A stretch of DNA of 64,000 nt, from NCBI RefSeq assembly GCF_000143415.4, contig NW_003314282.1, positions 717,700 through 781,699 of the forward strand. Reading direction: 5' to 3'. The DNA comes from Selaginella moellendorffii (Eukaryota > Plantae > Lycopodiophyta). The notes below the pieces were generated by a model. It saw only the letters and a program-made list of their open reading frames with translations, had not been told where the DNA came from and searched no databases. Shown in pieces: positions 48,631 through 61,250 of the stretch. Numbering within the stretch: the first letter of the stretch is position 1; every line of letters starts with the position of its first letter. The position numbers were made by a program, and so were the translations under genes.

Positions 48631-49795
48631 AGGACCAATGCAATTATGCAACAAACCTCATGGTGTGCAGCCGCAGTGATACCTGGAAAAATGCATTGAA
48701 AAAAACTGGTTTACCCTAAAAAAAATAAAAAATTTCACCCTCAATTGTTTTTTTGCCATGTGTTTTCATCTCCACCATTAAGCTCGAAAAGAATCTCGAT
48801 TGAATATGTCGTCTTGCTCTTTTAAATATAGAAGGATGATAATAATATATAAGAAAATTATATATTTTTTAAATTGCATAATATTTTTAAGATACCAGAA
48901 AATTAATATTAACATTTATAAAATTAATGTGGAGGAATAATTTTAATTATAATCTTAATTAAAAATAATATTTAATTTAATTTCTAGTGTGAGTGCATAG
49001 AATATGAAAATGGAATACAAAAATGTGCATATCAATTAGCCCAAAAACCTTAGATTATATACATGAGCAAATGATCTAGATTGAAATCAATCCAACAATT
49101 ATCAAAATTCCACTATGTTAATATTAGTATATATCATTATAATTGTATATTTGAATTTCACATCATCCTTTCTTCTCATAATGATGGAAAACAATCAAAG
49201 TTCTTTAGTAGATGGGTTAGAATGTAGAAAAATATTAAGAAGAGGTATCAGTGAATCTGTAAGTAGTGCCACTTGTTTTTACTCCCTTGTATAAAGTGGT
49301 TTAGCTTTTGCATATCCATAATTTCTGGAGGATCAGCCTATTAAATGCCATGCCAAATTTTATAAATTTGCAATCTAACTTGCTAGAACACTTGATATTA
49401 AACAAATTACATACCATAAAATTGGAAAAATAGATTAACACTAAGTCATTTATTTTATACTTCACAAGGGGATGATAATGGGAGTTATAGTGCCATTCTT
49501 GTCCCATTTGTAAGCAGCCTAATGTCAAATTCAATTCATTTGCATTTTTATTTAAAGCAATTCTTATGTATTATAATGATTTACTGTGATAGCAAACATA
49601 ATATAAAATATTTTGTTAAATGTTATTCCTAGAATCAAACTTTGAACACTTAATTAGTTTTAATGGCAAAAATTATATAAAATTCAACTGTGTTTAAAAC
49701 TTTTAATTGTACTTTATTGAATGCCAAATTAATTTGATCATCTAGATTTAAGGACATTAATACTATGTATTAGAGTGATATAATAATAATATATT

Positions 49796-51680
49796 CTAAT
49801 TAATATTAAACAAGTCCATCTCCATACTACTTGAGCTTTGGGCCTCAACTCGGGCGAGAAGGGTCCATCCATCTCCAGATGCATGTAGGCATTCGTTCAC
49901 GGCCACAACCCTCACGATGTCCCCGAATTCTATGTCCATGTATCCCTGAAGAAAATAACCAGTCAAAAGTACAAGAAGAAAAACAATAATACCTGGTATC
50001 TCTTGAGAAAAGCTTGAAGTTCTCTCATCTTTGATTTCATTCGCGCGTGTTCGTTGCTCACTATAGCGGCACTTACTTCCAAAGGGGAGTGTCCGATCAT
50101 CCTCTCAACCAGCTGCAAAATCGGAGACCGTACTCTTGACTAAACAGAATTGAAGCTTTACCTCGTGGTTCACTAAAGCTTCTGTTAAAAGGCTTCCATC
50201 TTCGATGTATATCGCCAGCCGGTATGCATTGCGATCCTTGAAAAGGAACTCTTTCACGGCTGTAAGGAAACACTGTATCCAGAAAACGAATCGTGCTTTC
50301 TTTTTTCTTTTCTTTTGTTACCTTAACTCGGCCTGATTGAACTACACCAAACTCCATAAACCGCCTCTGTAGAACCGCCAGATACGTAAAGGGAGGGGAC
50401 TCCAGGCTGTCTGCGGCTGAAAAATGGACGGGCATATGTCACGAAAATCTGAAGATCATAAAACTTACTGCGCAGTTGTCTTCTACTCCTGGTTTCATTG
50501 GATTGGAGGGAAAGCATACGAATACGCGAAGTTCCCAGGCCGATAGAAGTCTCGGAAGGTGTGCCAGACGAGGTCCGATGCGTAGTTTCGTCCTGTCCTG
50601 GAGGTGAACATCAAAAGCATTAGGCAGGGAGAGAAAACCTGAAAGGCCTTCTTTGTGTTTACTTGGTGTTTGTTCACTGTAGGAATATGAACCGCGAGAA
50701 AAATCTTCTATAGAAACAGGTGCTTGCCTTCCTGAAGACAAAAAAGTAGAGACAGAAAATCAAAATACAAGGATAGAAGAACGAAAGAAAGAAGGCAAAC
50801 ACAGTCACTGTGCAAAAGTTAGACCTGTATATGGATGATCACGAACAGTCGAAGAAGGTTGCTGCTCATTCCAGGATTGGCTGCAGCGCCATTGTTTTCT
50901 TGGACGTCAGGAGTTCGGGGCCAGGCAGCTTGTGTAAGTTGCTCTTCCAACGATGGTGGAGTAGTACCACGCGGGTGCCTGCAAATATCCTTAACTAGTA
51001 CACGAAGAAGAAAACTTTACCTGTTTCCCCGAGGAGGTTTGTTTACTTGATGTACCACTCTCTGTCGAGCCTCTTCAAGCTCTTGGACAACACCTCCTAG
51101 AACAGTAACAATTTCCGGGACAAGAAGAAACATCCCTCTCCGGATGCAGACATTCCTTACGCAAATCTGCGGTTGGGAGAAAGAAAAATCAAGGAAAGGA
51201 TTTCTTGAACGCGTACCTTCAAACCAGCTGGTTGTAAGACTTTGAGCTGTGGGATAGGACGATACTCAGTGCCAAAAACTCGTTGAGCACCGTCGGTCAT
51301 GGATAGCTTCAAGCATCGACTTCCAATTCCAGCATTTCTTTCCTGGTAGCGATCCTTGAGGCCGCAGCAAATGTCCACCGTTTCATCTACCTGTGTGCCA
51401 TGCTCCCATCGATAAAAAAAAATATAGAAAAACTTTCACTTACTTGTAGAACGAAAGGGCCTGCTAGCTCCACTTTGTGCATCGCCTGGACCCCTGGAGG
51501 AAGCACAGCATCGGTGACGAGATTGAAATCGGCAGCGAGGAGATGCGCAAAGCATTTCTCGGCGCGCGAGTCTACCGGCAACTGTGACGCTCCGCTCTGC
51601 TCGCGCAGGCAAGAAGAAAGCCACTGCGCATTAGGCCGCATTCCGCGAGAAGCCAGAATCTCCACAACCCGCTCCTCCAT
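49796..51680 (-). pseudogene. RMI1: RMI1 copy with a 1-bp frameshift deletion in exon 4
   Basis: Same exons as 754-2640, but ctcattccagg (about 50868) replaces ctcacttccagg, giving an early TAG in exon 5. Confidence 0.75.
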
Positions 51681-51771
51681 TGAAATCCCAAAACCCTACT
51701 AGGGTTCTAAGCATCCCGCCATTTTGCTAGCTTGAAAGGTTCCAGGAATATGCTTACCAAGCAAGGGCTTT

Positions 51772-52265
51772 ATGGTGTTTTGCCGCGCGCACTCTCTTCT
51801 CTTCCAGATCGTGCATTGCGGAAATTCGCTCCTGCGGCGCCGAGGATATCGTTCCCCGAGACGCGCCACGGCGTGACATGGGACGATCCCTGCCACTGGC
51901 TGCGAAATTCGGACGAATCAGCACGCGCAATCGACCATGGCTGGGACAAGGGAGCTGCAGCGCCAGATCCGCCAGGAAATGGCGAGTAGGATGGAGAAGG
52001 AGCTCGCGTCGCTGCCAGAGCGCTGGGGGCATTGGTGAGTTCTTCCCGTTTTAACTTTTAGTTTTTGGCTTAGACGAAAAGCTTAATGACAATGTAGGAA
52101 ATTTCGTGCAAATCCCGCAAGGGAAAGATCTACTCGAGACGAAGAGCCCGCAAAGGTGGAAGGCTGAAGGCTTTCTTGACAAAGTTTTCTCGACAAGAAG
52201 CAGAGTGAAGTGATGATCGACATCAATGCGCTTGCTGCGAAGCACGATAAAGTTTTGAGGATCTA
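51772..52265 (+). pseudogene. Oligopeptidase B 5' fragment
   Basis: Counterpart of 2732-3225. Confidence 0.85.
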
Positions 52266-52804
52266 TCCTTCGTTCTCTCGTCGTAGCTATCATGAGGATG
52301 ATCGATCGAAAGGACCTGCATTGCGATGAACGAGATTCACAAAATTCGGCACTCTGAGACCAGGAAAGGAAACGAAGCGACTAGAGCAAAATTCAGGGAA
52401 GACCTCACCGTTTTATACCCCCGGGAAGTGGAAGGCCAACGGCCTGTGGCAACAAGTTTAATAATGTTGATTCAACATAGCAATCCAGGCACATATAACT
52501 CGTCTTTAGGTTATAGCATAACTTAGAGAAATTTTTCTCACTGCCTCGTGTAACTAAAGTTTTTCCATGGTGAATGTAGTGGTAGTATCCTCCCACCTCA
52601 TCCGGATGGCTTATCTCCAAACAGATAGAGTTGATGATCCACCAATGTTTTGGGCGAGAAGACTAGCGTCACTTCTCGTTTTTCACAGCGAAAAGGAGGT
52701 TGTCCCATGAAATCGCCACCGTCCATCAAACATCATCCCAGCCGTCGATATAAACCCGTTTTGAGGAAGCTAGGTCTTCCATTCAGCAAGAAGGTCTGGG
52801 AGCG

Positions 52805-53728
52805 ATGGCGCGTGACACCGGTGAGTTAAGCGAGGATGACTGTAGTGAGCTTCTCAAGTTCTACATGAGGGGAAAGCGGCTGGGATGTGGAGGGCAAGGG
52901 CAGGTTTTCATGATCCATAATGGCCGCAACACTTATGCTGGAAAGTTGTTTCGATCGGGGAGTGATGCCGAGAGAGAAGCTCGGCTCATGTCCAAGCTTC
53001 ACGCCTGCCCTGGGGTCGTCTCCTCCAAGGGTTTTGTCAGGGAGAGAGATGGTGCCAAGTGCTATGGCACCATCGTCATGGAGCTGTGTGGCCCAAACCT
53101 ATGCGAGGGGTTGATCAATTGCGGGCCGATGAGGGAGGAGGATGTAGCGAAGACCATCAAGAAGCTGGCTGAAACGCTCAAGGAGATCCACTCCAGGGGA
53201 ATTATCCACCGGGATCTCAAGCCGGAGAACATTCTTGTCAAGCTCAATGCCACTAGTGTGCACGATGTTCTGATTGGAGACTTCGGGATAGCCACAGACC
53301 TGCACAGGGAGATGTCAAAGTACTGTGGCACGGAAAAGTATATGGCACCAGAGGTGATGGCGAGGAAGGGCCGCAAGGGAGAATCACAGAGCTTCTACAC
53401 AGCAGCCATTGATGTGTGGGGTTTGGGAGTCATTGCGTACGAGCTGTTGAAAGGTCACAAATCGAGAATGGAAATCGATTTCTTGAGAGCGGGAGCATTT
53501 CCAACTGGTTTTGGCTCGGACCAGGCGGAGGATCTTCTCCGGGGGATGTTAGCTGTTGAACCGAGCAAGAGGGTAACGCTGGACCGTGTGCTTGCACATC
53601 CCTGGATCGTGAAGCATTGCAGCAGCAGTAGCAAGATCGAGACGACGACACGCAGCAGGCGCTGTGGAATGAAGAGGAGTCTTCCCAGCAACAGCGACTT
53701 GATCGTGAAAAAAGCTCGTGCAGCTTAA
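52805..53728 (+). CDS. Intronless Ser/Thr protein kinase, second copy
   Basis: Five amino-acid differences from 3787-4710; all catalytic motifs intact. Confidence 0.9.
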   Translation: MARDTGELSEDDCSELLKFYMRGKRLGCGGQGQVFMIHNGRNTYAGKLFRSGSDAEREARLMSKLHACPGVVSSKGFVRERDGAKCYGTIVMELCGPNLCEGLINCGPMREEDVAKTIKKLAETLKEIHSRGIIHRDLKPENILVKLNATSVHDVLIGDFGIATDLHREMSKYCGTEKYMAPEVMARKGRKGESQSFYTAAIDVWGLGVIAYELLKGHKSRMEIDFLRAGAFPTGFGSDQAEDLLRGMLAVEPSKRVTLDRVLAHPWIVKHCSSSSKIETTTRSRRCGMKRSLPSNSDLIVKKARAA

Positions 53729-53920
53729 CAGCACCAGTTCGGTAAGCATCGTTTTTGATTGAAGAGTACAGGTACTAACTTTGCTTGCTTGGTCACCGGG
53801 TGGAAAAAAAAATTGCGAGACAACGATCTCTTTGTGAGAAAGATTTTTTATATCAATGCAAGAACTGTCTTTGCAAGTTATGAGTTTTCCTTTCTATTCT
53901 CTTGATGGGAACAGTCAAAT

Positions 53921-55459
53921 TCAATACAATGGAAGGGATCGCTGATGATCCTGGCGGCAAATTTGAAGAGCTTCAACTCGGGCAAGAAGCCTCCATCCAT
54001 TTCCGGATAGTCGTTCACGGCCACAACCCTGTGCTGAAAAGATCACCACACGCTTAAGAAGAGAATATCTCATGTGTGCCTTTGTAGAAAACACCTGGTA
54101 TCTCTTGAGAAAAGCTTGACGTTCTATAGCGGCACTTACATCCAACGGGGAGTGTCCGATCATCCTCTCAACCAAGTCTTGATTAAACAGAATTAAAGCT
54201 TTACCTCGTGGTTCACTAGAGCTTCCATTAAAAGGCTTCCATCTTCGATGTATATCGCCAGCTGGTATGCATCGTGATCCTTGAAAAGGAACTCTTTCAC
54301 GGCTTTAAGTATCCAGTTTTTTCTTTTCTTTTATTACCTGAACTCGGCCTGATTGAACTACACCTGACTCCAAAAACTACCTCTGTAGAACTGCCAGATA
54401 CGTAAAGGGAGGGGCTGAAAAATGGACGGGGAAATGTGAAGATCATAAAACTTACTGCGAAGTTGTCTTCTACTCCTGGTTTCTTGATTGGATTGGAGGG
54501 AAAGCATACGAATACGCGAATTTCCCAGGCCGACAGAAGTCTCCGAAGGTGTGCCAGACGAGGTCCGATGCTGTCCTGAAGTGAAGATAAAAAGAATTAC
54601 GCATCGAGAGAAAACTTGGAAGGCCTTACTTTGTGTTTACTCGGTGTTCACTGTAGGAATATGAACCGCGAGAAAGATCTTCTATAGAAACAGGTGCTTG
54701 CCTTCCTGAAGACAAAAAATGTATAGACAGAAAATCAAAATAAGCAAACACAATCACTGCGCAAAGCTAGACCTGTATATGGATTATCACGAACAGTCGA
54801 AGAAGGTTGCTGCTCATTCCAGGATTGGCTGCAGCGCCATTGTTTTCTTGGAGTTCGGGGCCAGGCAGCTTGTGTAAGCTGCTCTTCCAACGATGGTGGA
54901 GTAGTACCACGCGGGTGCCTGCAAATATCCTTAACTAGTACACGAAGAAGAAAACTTTACCTGTTTCCCTGAGGAGGTTTGTTTACTTGATGTACCACTC
55001 TCTGTCGAGCCTCGTCAAGCTCCTCCAAGAACAGTAACAATTTCCGGGACGAGAAGAAACATCCCCCTCCGAATGTAGACATTCCTTACGCATTGGGAGA
55101 AAAGAAAAATCAAGGCAAAGACTTGTAATACTTTGAGCTGTGGGGTAGGACGATACTCAATGCCAAAAACTCGTTGAGCATCATCGGTCATGGATAGCTT
55201 CAAGCATCGACTTCCAATTCCTTCCTGGTAGTGATCCTTGAAAATGTCCACCGCTTCATCTACCTGTGTGCTATGCTCCCATCGATGAAAAGCTATAGAA
55301 ACCTTCCACTTACTTGTAGAACATAAGTGCATCGCCTGGACCTCTGGAGCGTCGGAGGAGCTGCGCGAAGCATTTCTCGGCGCGAGAATCTACCGGTAAC
55401 TGAGACGCTCCGATCTGCTCGCGCAGGCAAGAAGAGAGCCACTGCGCCTTAGGCCGCAT
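53921..55459 (-). pseudogene. RMI1: Degenerate RMI1 copy
   Basis: Counterpart of 4893-6430. Confidence 0.9.
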
Positions 55460-55557
55460 GAGAAATCCCAAAACCCTACTAGGGTTCTAAACATCCCGCC
55501 ATTTTGCGAGCTTGAAAGGTTCCAGGAATATGCTTGCCAAGCAGGGTCTAGGGTTTT

Positions 55558-58247
55558 ATGGCGCTTTGCCGCTTCTCTCGCGCACTCTCTTCTCTTCCAG
55601 ATCGCGCATTGCGGCAATTCGCTCCTGCGGCGCCGAGGAGATCGTTCCCCAAGACGCGCCACGGCGTGACATGGGACGATCCCTACCACTGGCTGCGAAA
55701 TTCCGAGGATCCGGCCGTCATCGCGTATCTCCAGGCTGAGAATCAGCACGCGCAGTCGACCATGGCTGGAACAAGGGAGCTCCAGCGCCAGATCCGCCAG
55801 GAAATGGCGAGCAGGATGGAGAAGGAGCTCGCGTCGCCTCCAGAGCGCTGGGGGGATTGGTGAGTTCTTCCTTGCTCGTTTTTATTTTTTTATTCTTTTT
55901 GCCTAGATGAGGAACTTAGAAACAATGTAGGTACTATTTCGTGCATATCCCGCAAGGGAAAGAGTTTCCCATCTACTCGAGACGAAGAGCCTGCCAAGGT
56001 GGAAGGCTGAAGGCTTTCTTTACAAGTTTTTTTGACAAGAACAGTGAAGTTATGATCGACATCAATGAGCTTGCTGCCGAGCATGGTAAAGTTTTGAGGA
56101 TCTTTCTTTGTTTCTCTCTTCTTCCTAATTACACAAGTGTAGGCCATGCACAGCTTGGAGTTTTTAAGCTATCCAGAGACCACAAACTGTTAGCGTACAC
56201 AATCGACTTGGGTGGCAATGAGATCTTCACATTGTTTATCAAAGACTTGGAGACTGATAGCCTCCTCCTGGAGCACAAAACCGATGGTGTAGTAAGTGTG
56301 GAGTGGTCTGATACTGGAGACTATCTTTACTACACTTGTAGTGATGCAGCACATCGACCTCACAGGTTTCTATTTGAAGTTTCTTCTAGAATCATTTTTT
56401 CTCGATCTCGACAGGGTTTTGTTGCGGAACTTGCGATCTAAAGATGATGACATTGCAATTTATCACGACGACAATCCAAAGAACTTTGTTGATGTTACAA
56501 GAACCAAAAACTGGCAGTACGTTTTGATTAATGTCAACTCAAAGACGTCCTCTGAGGTAATTGCGTTTCACAAATGTGTTGCTCGAGCCTCTACAGGACA
56601 GGTTTTTCTGGTAGATCCGAAAACTTCAGCCACAACGTTGCGGAAAGTTGCAGATAGAGTTGATGGCATCCAGTATTTCGTGGAACACCATGAAGAGCAC
56701 CTGTATATTCTTACCAATTTTTTGGGCGACAAGAAGCTAGCGTCGTTAGGAAACAACTATCGGCTTGTCCGCTGCAAGACAGATAGCTTGACCTCGAAGG
56801 CGTGGGAGGTACGTCAATTCTCGTTTTTTTCACAGCAAAAAATGAAACACTTTAGGAGGTTGTCCCAGTCGACAGCGAAAATTGGATAGAAGATATGGAT
56901 ATTTTTGCGAAGCATTTGATCTTATACAGACGACAAAATGGTCTTCCCATTGTGCATGTTTTCAACCTGGATGTAAGCATATGGTAAAAGTTTTGGTCTC
57001 ACTAAGCTCTTTCCTTTCAGAGCCTGAAAACTCCTCGGACTGTAAACCTTCCCTCCGGGATAACAGTTCTTACTCCTGGAGCAAACTGTGACTTCAATTC
57101 GTCTACTCTACGGCTGTCGATATCTTCACTGGTGGTAAGCTCTCTTTCTTTCTTGCATTAGATGTTCGTTGTGGACAATTCTTTTTTCGTTTTTAGATGC
57201 CCGAAGCAACGTATGATGTCGATTTGACGACTGGAGAGGTGACACTATTGCAGCAAGTGAAAATTGTGGGAGTGGACACGGGCTCATATTGTATGAAGCA
57301 TCTTGCTGCTACATCTCATGACGGCGTTCGAGTGCCTTTGACAATTGTCTACTCAAACAAGTTCGAAAGGAAAGGTGAAAATTCCGCTTTGGTTACAGGC
57401 TATGGTGCCTATGGCGAGCTGCTTGACATGAGCTTCTCGAGTGACCGGCTGAGCCTTCTCGATCGTGGCTGGGTGCTCGCATTCGCTCACGTCAGGTGAA
57501 TTTTGCTTTTTGTTCCTTCCATGTCGTAACTGAGATTTGTGGAATCCAGGGGGAGTGGGACGTTAGGAAAGGCTTGGCACTCGGAAGGAAAGCTGCTGAA
57601 GAAGGAGAATTCGTTCAAAGACTTTATAGCTTGCATTCGTTACTTGGTGGAAAATCAGTATGCTTCTCGCAACAAGATTGCTGCTTTCGGTGAAAGCGCT
57701 GGTGGACTTTTGGTCGGGGCAGCCGTGAACTTGCAACCGGACCTCTTTCGAGCTATAATTTTGAAGGTATGGCGATCATTGAATTGTGTTTTCTTCAAGA
57801 GCTCTATCTGCATGACAGGTTCCATTCCTTGACATCCTCAACACAATGTTAGACTCTTCGTTGAGTCTAACAGAGCACGAGTATGACGAATGGGGTGATC
57901 CATCATCGGACAAGGCAGCGTTTGATTGCATCCGAAATTACTCTCCTTATGACAACATCAAGCCAGGCGTAAGGTATCCAGCCATGCTAGTAACCTCGTC
58001 GTTCCTTGACACCCGGTATGTGTTTGAGAGCTCCTAAGTGCATTGATAAATTGTCGTTTCATACAGGGTTGGTTACTGGGAATCTGCTAAATGGATTGCA
58101 GCTCTTCGGCATTCTTGTCAAGCAGAATGTTTAGTCTTTAAGACCAATATGAGTGGGGGTCACTTCGGAGATGGCGGACGCTACTCTCATCTCAAGGAGA
58201 CTGCTTATGGCTTTGCATTCTTAATAAAAAACTTGGAGGCAATCTAA
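55558..58247 (+). CDS. Oligopeptidase B / protease II (prolyl oligopeptidase family S9A), multi-exon, probable organellar transit peptide
   Basis: HGVTWDDPYHWLR, beta-propeller exons, GYGAYG, LLDRGWVLAFAHVRG, catalytic GESAGG, EYDEWGDP, YSPYDNI, DTR|V, GGHFG; stop at 58245-58247. Confidence 0.92.
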
Positions 58248-58415
58248 ATTCAGTTTGCTGACAGAAATTCTTGAAAATATAATTTTACTAAGAAACAGCA
58301 GCATCAATTTGAAATTACTTATTAGATTTTATTAGAAACTTGACATAATTTTAGCTACCTTGTCTTATATAAATCTCAAAAGAATAGCCCAAGCAAAATA
58401 TCATTTTTAAAGAAT

Positions 58416-58998
58416 ATGGCTGTATCAATTGCGTCTTGCTTTCTTCTTTGCTTTTTGTTTGCTCGTGTAGCTGTGGGTCTTCTTGTACAATATGGCTCCA
58501 CCACTGTTGAAAATGGCAACTTCATCTCCTTGATCAACACTAACTCAGCTCCCACTGTTGACATTCAAGGATTTCGCGGGAATGGCAGTGTTAGCCTGTT
58601 TTCGGTGGTGATGGCGGATCAAAAGGCACTCTCAGCCCCAAACAAAACTTATCCTTACATCAACTTTTGGATTGCAAACATTCCAGCAGGCACCTCTGGT
58701 AAGTTCTCTTTTTTTTATCTTTAATTGATAGATTGGATTTGTGGTTCTGTTTGTAGGAGCTGTAAAGAGTAACATTCTTGAGCCTTATGTATCTCCTTCC
58801 AACACTGGCAAGAACATCCCATACCCAAATCCATTCAACGCTAAAAACCACACATATGATTTTGTGCTCGTTCCACAGAGGAATCCCTTGGTGAAGCCCA
58901 TGAGTAGTCGCATTGTTCTCTCACTGCCCGATATCATCCAACAGTACCACTGTGGGAGTCCCCTCCAGACAGTCTCCTTCACCACCTCGCTCAACTAA
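58416..58998 (+). CDS. Divergent PEBP-family (FT/TFL1/MFT-like) protein with N-terminal signal peptide, 2 exons (intron 58699-58757)
   Basis: VQYGSTTVENG...PTVDIQG...FSVVMADQKA...FWIANIPAGTSG|...PYVSP...HTYDFVLVPQ...R...GSP...SF follows the PEBP fold pattern; hydrophobic N-terminus. Confidence 0.75.
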
Positions 58999-59469
58999 AT
59001 AATTAAAATTTGCTATTGATTATCAGCTACTTGGCATTAATAAAAGTGGATCTTGTGTCCTACAAGAGAGATTTTTTTCTCCTTACACAAGGAAAACGTG
59101 GTTTTAAACATTAGCATTTGTGATTGATCTCAAATGCTATTTTTTGTCCTTACACAAGAAAACGGGATGGACCATCTTGTCTTCTACAATACATAAAAAA
59201 AAAAAGAATGTTAGTGTGCTAAAAAGAAGTGTGTGAGGTCCTGACCACCTTTTTAATTAACGTACGATACATGAAAGTTTCCTCTGTACATAAGTCTAAC
59301 GAAAAGCCTGGCTTTCGGAACGCGATAGTTTTTTGTCGCTTGGCTTCAATAATTTGCACAACCAGTCCTGAAACATTCAGTAGCCAAATGAATCAGTGCA
59401 TATAAAATGGATGCTTACGTTAATTACTCGCGACTACCACCACCATATAGCTTCTTCTCAAACATGGTT

Positions 59470-60945
59470 TCATATGGTAAACTGCCCCTTGGACGCCGCG
59501 GAAGTAGCAAACAACCAGCTGCTTACTGCCTCGGCACTTGCATTGCCTCGCCCGTGATGGCTGTCTTCGCAACTGATCGAGAAACGAGCGTGCTTCGCCT
59601 GGGAGCTCGAGCGATGCCCAATGATCATATGCTCCACATTCTCGAGCTCCGATCGGCTGAATCCATACTCCATGATGCAGTCGCTCTCGTGAAGATCGGC
59701 CGTGGAGTGCGAGTGCTTTGCTCTGTTCGCTTGCTTAGCCTCGGTGAGCTTCCGTGTGGCCTTTGCCAGCCGCTCGTTCGCCTCCTCGAGCCTCTGCGAG
59801 TGGAGCTCGTCGGAAGCTCTGAACTGGTCTTGGAGATCCGTGACTTGCTGGAGCAGCACGTCTCGCTGGTGGCACACGGAGCGGTAGTCCTGCTGGAGCT
59901 GCGCGTACCTCGCGCTGAGCTGATCGAAGTCGAGAGAACGCTCCGGGGTCTCGAGCTGGGCCACCGCTTGCTGGGCTTGCCACAGGGACGAGATGAGCGC
60001 TTCCTTTTGCTGGATCACGGTCTGCTTCATCTGCTTCAAGATCCCGTCCACGGCGCTCAAAACCTGCTTCTGCTGCATCGAGCAGAAGGTGAGAGCTCCG
60101 CCTCTGGAGCCGCCGGACGATTCACCGAAGACAAACTTGGAAGAAGGCAGCGACGACGACGAAGAACAAGGCCTGATGGCCACCTCTCGAAGCTCGTCAC
60201 CTTGACGTAGCGTTTCCACGATCAAATCCTCGTCCGGAGTCCCATCCCGCTCGTTGGACCTGTCCTCCCACGACAATCTCTTCCTCTTTCCCGACTGCTC
60301 GCCGGTGGTGGCGAAGCGCATCGTCGGCTGCAAATCCACCCCTGGAAGATCGAAGTGGTGCTGGAGAACCATGCTCAGGTAGTGAGCGGTGGTGACCGGC
60401 TTGCCTTCCTTAAGCTCCTTGTGCATCTTGAGCACCACGAACTGTGCCCAGTTGAAGATCTTCTTGGTGGAGCGAGTGGCACAGGCCGGATAGGCGGTGG
60501 CTCCACTCACCCTTTGATTGTTGAGACGAAGCCCAATCCTCTTCACCAAGAACTCGAGGTAGACGCGCATGACGTGCTCTTTCACCTCGCACAGCTTCCA
60601 GCCACTGGCCTGGCTATGGCCTTTCTCGCTGAAGTACTTCTGGATCTCGGGGCCATGGAGCTGGGAGTTATACTCGGTGGGGATCTCTTCCAGATCGGAG
60701 CCGTAAGGGAGGCACAGCGCCTCGCCGACGCTCTTGTCGCTCAGCTCCATGCTGCCAAGCTCCGGGACGTGGATCGTCTTGGACTCGGAGTCATACCCTT
60801 GCGTCGCCTTGCGGACGAGCTCCACATCCATGGCCTTGAGCTTGAGCTTGATGAAATCCACCAGGCCTGTCTCCTCGATCCACGCCGCCTGGGGCGTGAA
60901 GAGATCGTCCCACATTTGGGGCTTGAGGAAGCGCCATGGCTCCAT
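59470..60945 (-). CDS. Intronless protein with plant-mobile-domain-like N-terminus, basic NLS-like motif and coiled coil
   Basis: Long GC-rich ORF; ETGLVDF..DVELV..YDSESKTI..LS..VGEALCLP..FNWAQFV; KRKR; heptad-rich C-half. First ATG at 60945. Confidence 0.65.
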   Translation of the reverse strand: MEPWRFLKPQMWDDLFTPQAAWIEETGLVDFIKLKLKAMDVELVRKATQGYDSESKTIHVPELGSMELSDKSVGEALCLPYGSDLEEIPTEYNSQLHGPEIQKYFSEKGHSQASGWKLCEVKEHVMRVYLEFLVKRIGLRLNNQRVSGATAYPACATRSTKKIFNWAQFVVLKMHKELKEGKPVTTAHYLSMVLQHHFDLPGVDLQPTMRFATTGEQSGKRKRLSWEDRSNERDGTPDEDLIVETLRQGDELREVAIRPCSSSSSLPSSKFVFGESSGGSRGGALTFCSMQQKQVLSAVDGILKQMKQTVIQQKEALISSLWQAQQAVAQLETPERSLDFDQLSARYAQLQQDYRSVCHQRDVLLQQVTDLQDQFRASDELHSQRLEEANERLAKATRKLTEAKQANRAKHSHSTADLHESDCIMEYGFSRSELENVEHMIIGHRSSSQAKHARFSISCEDSHHGRGNASAEAVSSWLFATSAASKGQFTI

Positions 60946-61250
60946 GGCGGGAGGACACCCCGTGGAGTGGAGAACCCTACCTCCGCATTGTGAAAATGCC
61001 GCAGCGGAGCTCCAGATCTCCTTGCCTGGCGCGGCGATTCGCGGATTAGCACCGCATTGGAGGAGATTGGTGGATGGGCGAGAGCTCGCCTCGCAGCTCC
61101 ACAAACGTGGGAGGAGAGAGAAGAAGAATTAACCTAAAATTTCTGTTCCCGCGTAACAAGATAAAAAGCATATACCTTTACCGTCTGCCCTAAAGTAGTC
61201 CACGGACCTTGCCGGTTTAGCAAGACGCCAAAGAGGATCGGTGACCGAGG

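Larger units (their letters stand above)
48940..57168 (+). repeat. Segmental duplication, right copy (matches 1-8111)
   Basis: Near-identical collinear sequence. Confidence 0.95.

Noticed and set aside
48940-48988. AT-rich repeat ending in CTAG (also 1-49 and inverted near 9954) as a Helitron 3' end
   Set aside because: No GC-rich subterminal hairpin, and the copy at 48984 faces the wrong way relative to the minus-strand Rep.
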